64,000 bases of DNA from Candidatus Micrarchaeota archaeon (GTDB lineage Archaea; Micrarchaeota; Micrarchaeia; Micrarchaeales; CABMGC01), in NCBI GenBank assembly GCA_021804105.1, contig JAJZKP010000001.1:43168-107167 (forward strand), in the 5' to 3' direction. The notes below the pieces were generated by a model that was given only the letters and a program-made list of their open reading frames with translations, ran no database searches and was not told the origin of the DNA. The translations under genes were made by a program, and so were the position numbers. Of this stretch, positions 56,593 through 64,000 are shown one piece after another (position 1 is the first letter of the stretch; each line of letters starts with the position of its first letter).

Positions 56593-56826
56593 ATGGACAG
56601 CGAAGTTATTAGTATTAGGGTAAAAGGGGGCACAGCTGACAGGCTTAAGAAGTTGGGGATAAATGGCTCAGAGAAAGCCAGAGAGTATTTGGAGGATCTT
56701 GCTTGGAAAGCTGAAGCAAAGAAAACTCTGAATGAACTAGAATTACTTATAAAGAAGCACTCTAAGCCATCTAAACCTGGCTTTGCACTTAAGTTCATAA
56801 GGGAAGACAGATATGCGACTCATTGA
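56593..56826 (+). CDS. vapB: VapB-type antitoxin (TA3)
   Basis: 77 aa, with EVISIRVKGGTADRLKKLG. It overlaps the downstream PIN gene by 14 nt. Confidence 0.55.
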   Translation: MDSEVISIRVKGGTADRLKKLGINGSEKAREYLEDLAWKAEAKKTLNELELLIKKHSKPSKPGFALKFIREDRYATH

Positions 56827-57199
56827 TAGTTCAGTAATAGTAAAGTTCTTCTCAGAGGAACCGGGATGGGAAGGCCTAAGAGAGTATCTCTATACACCCA
56901 TCAGTATAGAACTGTCAATGAAAGAACTCGGCAGCGCACTCTTGAAAAAAGTACGCAAAGACGAACTTGACGAAGAAACCGCAATAGAGATCCTTGACAG
57001 GTGCCCCAGCATTTTTAGATATGTAGAGCAGAAGAAGAATATTAGCAAAGCGTTTGAGATAGCTAAGAAGCATAACACTTCCATATACGATGCGATGTTC
57101 ATTGCCTCAGCTATGAAAGATGGCTATGAATTACTCACATGCGATAAGCGCCAAGCAGAAGTTGCAAGGAAGGAAGGAGTAAAAACCCTTGAAGTCTGA
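56813..57199 (+). CDS. vapC: PIN-domain ribonuclease toxin VapC (TA3)
   Basis: PIN contexts are RLIDSSVIVKF, IYDAMFIASA and LTCDKR. Confidence 0.85.
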   Translation: MRLIDSSVIVKFFSEEPGWEGLREYLYTPISIELSMKELGSALLKKVRKDELDEETAIEILDRCPSIFRYVEQKKNISKAFEIAKKHNTSIYDAMFIASAMKDGYELLTCDKRQAEVARKEGVKTLEV

Positions 57200-57216
57200 C
57201 GCAAAGCTGTTATCCC

Positions 57217-57239
57217 CACATCATAAAGAAGCGGAAGTA
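57217..57239 (+). repeat. R5: degenerate terminal core repeat, 19/23 match
   Basis: The sequence is CACATCATAAAGAAGCGGAAGTA. It is followed by GAATAGGG, which recalls the R2 junction GGAATAGGGG. Confidence 0.7.
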
Positions 57240-57524
57240 TGAATAGGGCTGAATAGAGCCCCGAAAACCATAATTCCTTGTGCGTGCAACTCCACTCCTA
57301 AGGCATAACTCGAACCTCGACGCCTTTGTTTCCATTCTATATGCTGGGAAAAACACCTGAAACACGCATTCCCCACCGCACAGCTGCAGCAAAACGCGTT
57401 GTAGGCAATACCTTCCCAGCCATATAGAAACTATTATTAACTCGTATGTTAATAATTAATAATATACAACATATCACGGCCACGAAAATATGGAGGATGT
57501 CACGCATACAGACAGGTGCAAAGC

Positions 57525-58481
57525 ATGAGCCCGATAAACCTATACAACCCCACCAATGTAGACTTTATTGCGGCATTGGTAATATCATACCTGTTGGGCA
57601 TCGTGCACGGGATAACCCCAGATGAGCACACATGGCCAATAACTTTCTCATACGCAGTGGGCAGCGGAAGCACAAAGGGAGGCATGAAGGCAGGGCTAAT
57701 ATTCTCAAGCGGGTTCACATTGCAGAGGGCTGTCCTTTCTGAGATAGCCTATTTTGCGCTCGCAGGCATCTTCATGACAGCCTTCGCATTCGGAATTACT
57801 TACGTATGCGTTGGAATAGCTATGCTGGTTGCAGGCATTTACATAAAAAGGAAGAGCATTTATCCGCACTGGCACTATATCGAACACTGGCTTGGCTCCG
57901 CACTCGGTGTGCATAAAAAAGGAAGCAAAGACCAGCAGAGGGAACTAGAGCACAAGCAGAACCCTCTTGACTCTAAGGACATGTCAAATGAGCTTAAGCC
58001 CGTTCCAAGCAAACTGGCATTCCTCCATGGGCTTATAGCAGGGTTCGGCTTCGGCGCATTTGCCCTGATAGTATACACGGTATTGTCTCCGGTAATGCCA
58101 AGTCCCTGGCTGGGTTGGCTGCCTGGATTCCTCTTTGGTATCGGGACCATGACCATGCAGGTGACCTTCGGCGCGTTCTTCGGTAGATGGCTGACCAAGG
58201 CAAAGAAGCTGACAGTGCAGGGAATTACGTTCGTGTCAAGGTCGATAAGCTCCGACGTCCTGTATTACGGCGGCATAGTGTTCGCAGTCGCAGGCGCTGC
58301 CATACTGGCATATCCGCAGCTCCTTACATACGGCATTACAACAGGAATAAAGATACATAACCTCGATAACCTTGACATAGGCTTCTTCCTTGTGATAATA
58401 GTGGTAGTCATAATAGGTTTCCTCTCTTACAGGGCCTCTATGAAGAAAGCTGTCAGGCTGTATAGCCGCAAAAGCGCCTAG
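57525..58481 (+). CDS. polytopic membrane protein, possibly a NicO/RcnA-like metal transporter
   Basis: A helix motif HGITPDEH resembles the Ni/Co transporter signature. There is a His-rich central loop (YPHWHYIEHWLGSALGVHKKG...ELEHKQ). The call is tentative. Confidence 0.45.
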   Translation: MSPINLYNPTNVDFIAALVISYLLGIVHGITPDEHTWPITFSYAVGSGSTKGGMKAGLIFSSGFTLQRAVLSEIAYFALAGIFMTAFAFGITYVCVGIAMLVAGIYIKRKSIYPHWHYIEHWLGSALGVHKKGSKDQQRELEHKQNPLDSKDMSNELKPVPSKLAFLHGLIAGFGFGAFALIVYTVLSPVMPSPWLGWLPGFLFGIGTMTMQVTFGAFFGRWLTKAKKLTVQGITFVSRSISSDVLYYGGIVFAVAGAAILAYPQLLTYGITTGIKIHNLDNLDIGFFLVIIVVVIIGFLSYRASMKKAVRLYSRKSA

Positions 58482-58629
58482 CAATAACGCGCTGTACTGC
58501 GTTTCCGCTGCCTAACCAATAGGCCATATAACCTGCCATAACGCTAAACGCGATAACATATGTTATTAAATCTCGCGCACAAGACATCTTACTATTTCTG
58601 ACACATCGGAACCTTAATGGAGTAATAGG

Positions 58630-59238
58630 ATGAACAGGTTCAAGCCAAGGCAAGATTCTTCTGTGCAAATGCCTAGGCTGGTTTCCCCCAGCCGTGGCGA
58701 TTTCGAGGTAGTGCATCTGCCTGTAAGCGAGCTTACTCCTTCCGAGAGGAGCGAGATCGCAGGCATACACGACCAGGCATGGCCCAACGGCCCGCTATGG
58801 CATGAGCGCATACCAGCAAACATGCTCTACAAATGCGACTTCCTGCATGTTGTCAGGAATGCCTCCACGAACAGGATCGTAGGTTTTAGTATCGGCTCCG
58901 TAATGGGCTATGTGCACCCATTTACGCGGGATGAAGACCTGCCTGGCAGCGGCATACATCTCTGCCTCAGCGCCATAGAGGAATCGCACAGGGGCCGGGG
59001 CCTGTTCAGCAAGCTTCTCAGGGAGCAGGTGCGTATGGCGGTTCAGGACGGCTTTTCCATAATCACCGCAACGGCAACCCACGACCTTGCAGTTCCGACT
59101 CTTGCAAGGCGACTTGACGAGTTGGCCGAACGCGGCATAATACAGGGATTTGATGCCACCCTCAACTATTGCGACCTCAGGGAGTGCCTCCGCGGCAGGC
59201 CGCTCCTGGGCGAGCTTGAGATAAGGATAAGGCAGTAG
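58630..59238 (+). CDS. GNAT-family N-acetyltransferase, putative
   Basis: A motif-A-like segment is present: IEESHRGRGLFSKLLREQV. Confidence 0.5.
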   Translation: MNRFKPRQDSSVQMPRLVSPSRGDFEVVHLPVSELTPSERSEIAGIHDQAWPNGPLWHERIPANMLYKCDFLHVVRNASTNRIVGFSIGSVMGYVHPFTRDEDLPGSGIHLCLSAIEESHRGRGLFSKLLREQVRMAVQDGFSIITATATHDLAVPTLARRLDELAERGIIQGFDATLNYCDLRECLRGRPLLGELEIRIRQ

Positions 59239-59262
59239 CAGCCTCCTCCCCTGTGCGCCTAG

Positions 59263-60336
59263 TCACCCCTTTCTCTGCAACACCTTAAGGCTGTCCCATG
59301 CTATATGCTCAAAGTACATCTTCCTCTCGAACGCGGTGCCATAATAGTTAAACTGGTTCTCGGAGTAGTAGTTCACGGTGAATCTTGCCTCGCCTGTAAG
59401 GAATTCAAGCGCCTCTTTGAGCATGACTTCCGGAGTGCTGACAGGTATGCCCTCCTTCCAGAGCTCCCTCAGCATAGTCACATACATGCCATGCATATAT
59501 GGGTCCATAACCATCAGGACATAGCCCTCGCTGCCTCCCAGCCCGGGAGGGTATAGCAAGATCCCGTGATTGTGAAAACTAAACACTATCTCAAAAGGAT
59601 GCGACCCGCTCCACCCTTCTCCCCTGAGCCACTTCCCGAACTCCTCCTTGCTACTGCTATCCCTTAGCTCTAGCATTCCTCCGTGCCTTATGTCAGAGTG
59701 CCTTTCATAAGTCGCTACGGGATCCGCCATGGCATCTTCACCGTATGCTGCAGAATAGCAGACAGCAGCGGTCCCTAAATACTCGTCCAGGGATATTTGG
59801 CCTGCAGGTCTCACTTCCTGTTCTTGGTACTGCCTAAGTATCGATTCTGCCTCTGCCTTCTCCATAAACGAGACCCTTTCATCTTCTTCAACCGTATGTC
59901 TTCTGAGTATGGTCCCTGTCCTGAACTCATATGGCACCATCGCCTCAAGATTGCCAGGAAGGCTTGAGTTGAATTCTATCGCAGACTCAAACATGCGCAA
60001 ATAAGAGGGCGCAACCTTTTCTTTGCCATCCATCACTACCAGCCCGCCAAGGTTCTGCCCGAAATCCATGATAAATTCATTCTTGCGGGTTATTGCGTTG
60101 CTATAATCAGTTACTGAAAAGGGCACGCATATCTGCCTCTTGCCCCGCATCAGCGGCATGTATAAGTCTGACCATGCAAGGCTCTCCCGATGCGATGTCG
60201 GATCGAAATCGCGCGTAAGCTCCCCTACCAGGGACTTGAGTCCGTCATTCTTCAGTTCCCTCTTCGAATAGGAATCAAGCTCAAGCAGCCTCCTTGCAGC
60301 ACTTAGTTGCACTAATTTTTGCAAGAGTTCACCCAT
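59263..60336 (-). CDS. hypothetical protein
   Basis: 357-aa ORF with coding-like composition. No motif recognised. Confidence 0.5.
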   Translation of the reverse strand: MGELLQKLVQLSAARRLLELDSYSKRELKNDGLKSLVGELTRDFDPTSHRESLAWSDLYMPLMRGKRQICVPFSVTDYSNAITRKNEFIMDFGQNLGGLVVMDGKEKVAPSYLRMFESAIEFNSSLPGNLEAMVPYEFRTGTILRRHTVEEDERVSFMEKAEAESILRQYQEQEVRPAGQISLDEYLGTAAVCYSAAYGEDAMADPVATYERHSDIRHGGMLELRDSSSKEEFGKWLRGEGWSGSHPFEIVFSFHNHGILLYPPGLGGSEGYVLMVMDPYMHGMYVTMLRELWKEGIPVSTPEVMLKEALEFLTGEARFTVNYYSENQFNYYGTAFERKMYFEHIAWDSLKVLQRKG

Positions 60337-60348
60337 ATTATTCTGTTA

Positions 60349-61122
60349 TTACAGCTCCTCCATGCGCTCATAGCTGTCCAGCATGAAGTAATTCTGACTG
60401 TCCTCCTTGAAAATAGATCTTATCCTCCCAACCAGCTCCTCCTTGCCGTATTTCTTCGAGCATACAATGACTGTGTTGGAGGTAAAGAATCCTGTATGCA
60501 GCTTGTAGACCTTGAAAAACGACTTCAGCAGCCTTACATATGTCTCGAAGTTCTCGTACCCGTTCGATGACTTTATGTAATTCATTGCAAATATCCCGTC
60601 TTCTGTAAGCGCAGCATTAACATCCTCGACAAATTCCCTTGAGAAAAACTGCTTTGGTATCAAATCGTTTATGTATGCGTCAAGTATAATTACGTTGTAC
60701 ATGTCCTCCTTGCCCCTGACGTATTCGGCACCATCTCCGACCTCCACCTTCATTCCCACGTCTTCCTTGAGAAAGTCCTTCATTATGCCTATCATCTCCC
60801 TGTTTATCTCCACGGCCTCTATGGAAACCGCAGGGCCCCGCAGCTTATTCAATTCATAGGCGATAGTCCCTCCGCCAAGGCCTATCATGAGCAGTCTTGG
60901 GTTCTGCCATGCAAAACCCAGGGGCACAAGGAAATCCCAGTATTCATGGGTATAAATTGACTCGGTGTTAAGCCTGGAATAGACCACTCCGTTGAATTTT
61001 ACTACCCTTTCATAGCCCCAGTCAAAGACCTCTACCTTGTCCTTGCCTATCTGCACCGTGGTTGTCTTATGGTTTCTCAGGAACCGTCCAAGCAAATCCG
61101 TGGCGCTCACCAAGAATGTCAT
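60349..61122 (-). CDS. spermidine synthase-like SAM-dependent methyltransferase-fold protein
   Basis: Blocks are LLMIGLGGGTIAYEL, IEAVEINREMI, VGDGAEYV and YNVIILDAY. Confidence 0.65.
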   Translation of the reverse strand: MTFLVSATDLLGRFLRNHKTTTVQIGKDKVEVFDWGYERVVKFNGVVYSRLNTESIYTHEYWDFLVPLGFAWQNPRLLMIGLGGGTIAYELNKLRGPAVSIEAVEINREMIGIMKDFLKEDVGMKVEVGDGAEYVRGKEDMYNVIILDAYINDLIPKQFFSREFVEDVNAALTEDGIFAMNYIKSSNGYENFETYVRLLKSFFKVYKLHTGFFTSNTVIVCSKKYGKEELVGRIRSIFKEDSQNYFMLDSYERMEEL

Positions 61123-61255
61123 ATGCCTGAAAGATTATAAGGTCATAGCCGAAAACCTGCCCATTTCAGGAGATGGTCGGATACCATGGTGCGCATATTC
61201 TGCGGTACACAGCACTGCAGCCCTGGATATGCCGGCATTGAAGCCAAGCACAATT

Positions 61256-61513
61256 TCATGTGCTGTTCAGTATCGCGCGAAGCTCCGCGGCCATCTTCCT
61301 CTGCTTTGTATCCCTGATCCCCATGATCTTGGATGTCCTGTAAGGCTCGTTTGCATAGCGCGAGTACTCGTCCACGAGCTCAAGGAGCCTGCTCCTTCCC
61401 TTCCATGACATGAAGTCATAGTGGCCGCCATCCATTCGCGCCCTTATCGCCGTGACAAGCTCTGTTATGCCTTCGCTCTCCTTCTTGAGGTCCTGTATTG
61501 TTATCTTGGTCAT
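61256..61513 (-). CDS. hypothetical small protein (85 aa)
   Basis: ORF only. No motif recognised. Confidence 0.35.
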   Translation of the reverse strand: MTKITIQDLKKESEGITELVTAIRARMDGGHYDFMSWKGRSRLLELVDEYSRYANEPYRTSKIMGIRDTKQRKMAAELRAILNST

Positions 61514-61694
61514 TGTGTCGCCTTAACATGAATGGATAAAGCGGCAAAGTTGTTTTTCTAGGATAAGAGCCCCTCTACCCACATTAGTATATACGCCGTT
61601 CTCATATATAAGGGCGTCAATTCCGCTGACTATCTGAAAAGACCTCCGGGTGAATCCTTTTATTGATTCGCTTCAATTCCCTATAGGCTGCATT

Positions 61695-62630
61695 ATGAGA
61701 ATACTTGTGACAGAACCAGAGTATTTCGACGATGAAGCGATGGAGGTGCTCTCTAGGTCGGGCACAGTAGTCGCAAAAAGGCTTACTTACAATGAGCTTT
61801 CGAACAAGATATCTAAATTCGATGCAATACTGGTGAGAATTGAAACGCGCCTTGACAGGACGATGCTGAGAAAGGCCAAGAAGCTCAGGGTAATAGGATC
61901 GGCAACTACCGGCCTCAACCACATAGACGTGAAATACGCCCTGGAACACGGAATAAAGGTCATCAGCCTTCACGGTACCCATACGGTGCCCACCGCTGAA
62001 CATGCGCTTGCGCTCATGCTCAGCCTCTGCAGGAAGATACCTTGGGCGCATGCCGCCCTATTGCGCGGGGAGTGGAAAAGGTACAGGTTCATAGGGACGC
62101 AGCTCTCCGGAAAGACTCTGGGAATCATAGGATTTGGCAGGATAGGCAGCCAGGTTGCCAAGTATGCCGAATCCTTAGGAATGCATGTTATATTCTATGA
62201 TCCGTATGTAAAGTCCGGGCCGGGCAAGATACGCTCTGTGCTGCTAAGAAAACTGCTCGCGGAATCCGACATAATAACTATTCACGCTGAACTTACCAAA
62301 GAGACCAGAAACATGATCGGCGCTGCCGAATTCCGTGCGATGAAAAGAAGTACGTTCCTGATCAACACTGCACGTGGCGAGATTGTAGACCAGCAAGCCC
62401 TGATAAGAGCACTTGAAAAACGTGAAATTGCAGGCGCCGCAGAGGACGTATTCCCAAAGGAGCCCATGGAAGGCAGCAGCAGGCTCCGGGCATATGCGAG
62501 GACGCATGGCAATCTTATAATAACGCCCCATATATCTGCCTCTGCTGACGATGCAGTCCACGCAGCAGGAGTTGAAATAGCAGAGAAGGTATGCAAAGCC
62601 CTCCCGCTTCCCAACAAGGGAAATACCTGA
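61695..62630 (+). CDS. D-isomer-specific 2-hydroxyacid dehydrogenase (phosphoglycerate dehydrogenase-like)
   Basis: The NAD-binding block is GKTLGIIGFGRIGSQVA and the catalytic region has NTARGEIVD...TPHISA. I prefer ATG 61695 (MRILVTEP) over the tracked GTG 61650. Confidence 0.85.
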   Translation: MRILVTEPEYFDDEAMEVLSRSGTVVAKRLTYNELSNKISKFDAILVRIETRLDRTMLRKAKKLRVIGSATTGLNHIDVKYALEHGIKVISLHGTHTVPTAEHALALMLSLCRKIPWAHAALLRGEWKRYRFIGTQLSGKTLGIIGFGRIGSQVAKYAESLGMHVIFYDPYVKSGPGKIRSVLLRKLLAESDIITIHAELTKETRNMIGAAEFRAMKRSTFLINTARGEIVDQQALIRALEKREIAGAAEDVFPKEPMEGSSRLRAYARTHGNLIITPHISASADDAVHAAGVEIAEKVCKALPLPNKGNT

Positions 62631-62632
62631 AG

Positions 62633-63088
62633 TCATTGCGTTGCTGCACAAACTCCTGCAGTATCCTTGTCTATTACCCTATAGAGCCTCTTGGAGAGTT
62701 TTTGGTGCGATGACCCGGCCCTGCCGTTCCTGGAAACCGTTACCCCTATGGCAGTCTTCCTGTCATGAACTAACTTCTCGTCATTGATAAGTATGCGCGC
62801 GCCGTTTGGCAGGCCCCCGACTATGTGATCGAACCTTATATGGGCCTTCCTGAGGCTGACAATGGTTGCCTTAAGGTCGCGCCCCTTCCTGCCTGTGGTA
62901 AACACTACGGTATCGTGTTCAGGTATGCATCTGAGGAACTCCAAGGCATGGGGCAGCGGCCTCTCTGTTTTCCCAGGATGCTCAAGGTACTTGTTGTGCT
63001 CAAACACCGTACCATCAAGGTCTATGAACCATGTACGCCCGTGTTCCTTCGATATCCTTTCCTGCATAACCAACACTTGCCTAGTCAA
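62633..63088 (-). CDS. HAD-superfamily phosphatase-like protein
   Basis: Motif I is FIDLDGT and a motif II-like TTGR is present. Confidence 0.5.
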   Translation of the reverse strand: MTRQVLVMQERISKEHGRTWFIDLDGTVFEHNKYLEHPGKTERPLPHALEFLRCIPEHDTVVFTTGRKGRDLKATIVSLRKAHIRFDHIVGGLPNGARILINDEKLVHDRKTAIGVTVSRNGRAGSSHQKLSKRLYRVIDKDTAGVCAATQ

Positions 63089-63398
63089 ATATACATACCT
63101 ATTGGTAGTGATTCAGTCAGATCTGCTCCCTATCAATCCATAGCACCAAAGCCAAGCAAAACAGAGCAAATGCCCTAAAGCCCATTGCCAGTACTCATCC
63201 TGCTGCGTTTCCTATTCAAAACAAGACTTCAGGACAAGGTAGAACGTATAAATCGTGGTAGCAATCATGCCTATGCCGAACAGCACTAATCCCACAATAG
63301 AGTAATTTGCCATGATATGCTATTGGCTCTAATTATTCATAAACATTTCTGTTGCATGACATTCGGTCTGCAGGAATAGCCTTTCCGATTGCATGAGA

Positions 63399-64000
63399 TT
63401 ATATAAACCTCCCTGCATACGCGAATATAAACCTCGCAGCGCCTCCCAGAAAAGGAATCCCTGCGCTTACGCGGTTGAGCACATTAAGCTCATTTCCAGT
63501 CACAGCGCCTGTCTTGGCAACCAATATCGGATAAAGTACAAGAGCCTCAACTACTCCTATCACCATAGTATACAGAGGCCTTATTGACAAGAATGCGAGA
63601 GGAAGCATGAATAGAGCCAGGAGAAGGCAGGAGAGGACCACGCGTGCCAGGGGACCGAAATCAAGCCTTATCCTTAGAGAGGAGAAGTCCCTAAGGTAGA
63701 GAAGCGCAAGTGCTATCCCGCCTATGTAGAAATATGCTATTATGACCCCCAAGACATGCAGATATGGAGCAAGCGCCAGAAGCGCTATGAACTCTACAAT
63801 TCCGCCAATGGCAGTGTACTTGAGGATCCTTGCGACCTTCCCAAGGCTCGCAAGCAGGTATGAGGCGAAGCTGCCGAGGAAGCCTATCAATATGCCAATG
63901 CTGACAAGAGGCATGTAGAGTATTGCGCTGCTGTATGCGGCAGTGAATACCGTGACTATTATGTCCTTCGAGAGTACAGAAGCATACACCACTATCGGCG
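63399..64000 (-). CDS. polysaccharide/oligosaccharide flippase-like (MOP/Wzx) membrane protein, C-terminal part; the N-terminus lies beyond the window
   Basis: Hydrophobic multi-TM sequence. The frame stays open to nt 64000. Confidence 0.5.
   Translation of the reverse strand, partial: PIVVYASVLSKDIIVTVFTAAYSSAILYMPLVSIGILIGFLGSFASYLLASLGKVARILKYTAIGGIVEFIALLALAPYLHVLGVIIAYFYIGGIALALLYLRDFSSLRIRLDFGPLARVVLSCLLLALFMLPLAFLSIRPLYTMVIGVVEALVLYPILVAKTGAVTGNELNVLNRVSAGIPFLGGAARFIFAYAGRFI

Larger units (their letters stand above)
47115..57239 (+). mobile_element. putative cassette array or integrated island at the parvulin 3' end: TA1 | 7.8-kb cargo | parvulin-3' fragment | TA2 | TA3
   Basis: Five direct copies of the parvulin terminal sequence lie at 47091, 47855, 55696, 56455 and 57217. 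The three VapBC units are 759-764 bp each and AT-rich. No integrase is seen in the window. Confidence 0.5.

Noticed and set aside
63212-63313. A 33-aa hydrophobic ORF on the minus strand (MANYSIVGLVLFGIGMIATTIYTFYLVLKSCFE) in the gap between the HAD-like and flippase-like genes.
   Set aside because: It could be a small membrane peptide. But it is very short, I cannot check conservation, and I see no clear promoter or SD sequence. I do not annotate it.

Overview
This window looks like an archaeal chromosome segment. The evidence is GatD/GatE, TFE, RNase P proteins Pop5 and Rpp30, prefoldin beta, L44e, aIF2-alpha, an A1:U72 initiator tRNA and archaeal class III (pilin-type) signal peptides. Gyrase, a compact gene layout and many N-glycosylation-sequon-rich surface proteins fit a small-genome acidophilic euryarchaeal or DPANN-like (Micrarchaeota/Thermoplasmata-like) organism. 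That lineage call is inference only. Most of the window is housekeeping: a beta-CASP RNase, SSB, an Lhr helicase, gyrBA, a four-gene TCA cluster (acn-mdh / gltA / icd), a gatDE-AIM24-NUDIX-NUDIX operon, an L44e-aIF2alpha-PAC2 cluster, a Hef-type helicase, a DUF929+VKOR disulfide module, ABC transporters and five tRNAs (Lys-CUU, iMet-CAU, Gly-CCC, Gly-GCC, Phe-GAA). No rRNA and no CRISPR array were seen. The standout is 46.9-57.3 kb. The last 23-29 nt of a parvulin (PpiC) gene recur five times as direct repeats. These repeats delimit three cassettes of about 760 bp, each a divergent VapBC toxin-antitoxin pair with a conserved TATA module. They also delimit a 7.8-kb cargo segment (a 1511-aa surface protein plus an ABC importer) and a displaced 171-bp copy of the parvulin 3' end. 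No recombinase is visible in the window. I read this as an integron-like, serially built cassette array at a protein-gene 3' end attachment site. Secondary observations are a Lys-rich N-terminal extension on TFE, an untracked 55-aa four-CxxC zinc-ribbon ORF, two SHOCT-like paralogs downstream of gyrA, a NUDIX gene whose homology runs upstream of any canonical start codon, and a pilin-signal/LamG fusion protein.
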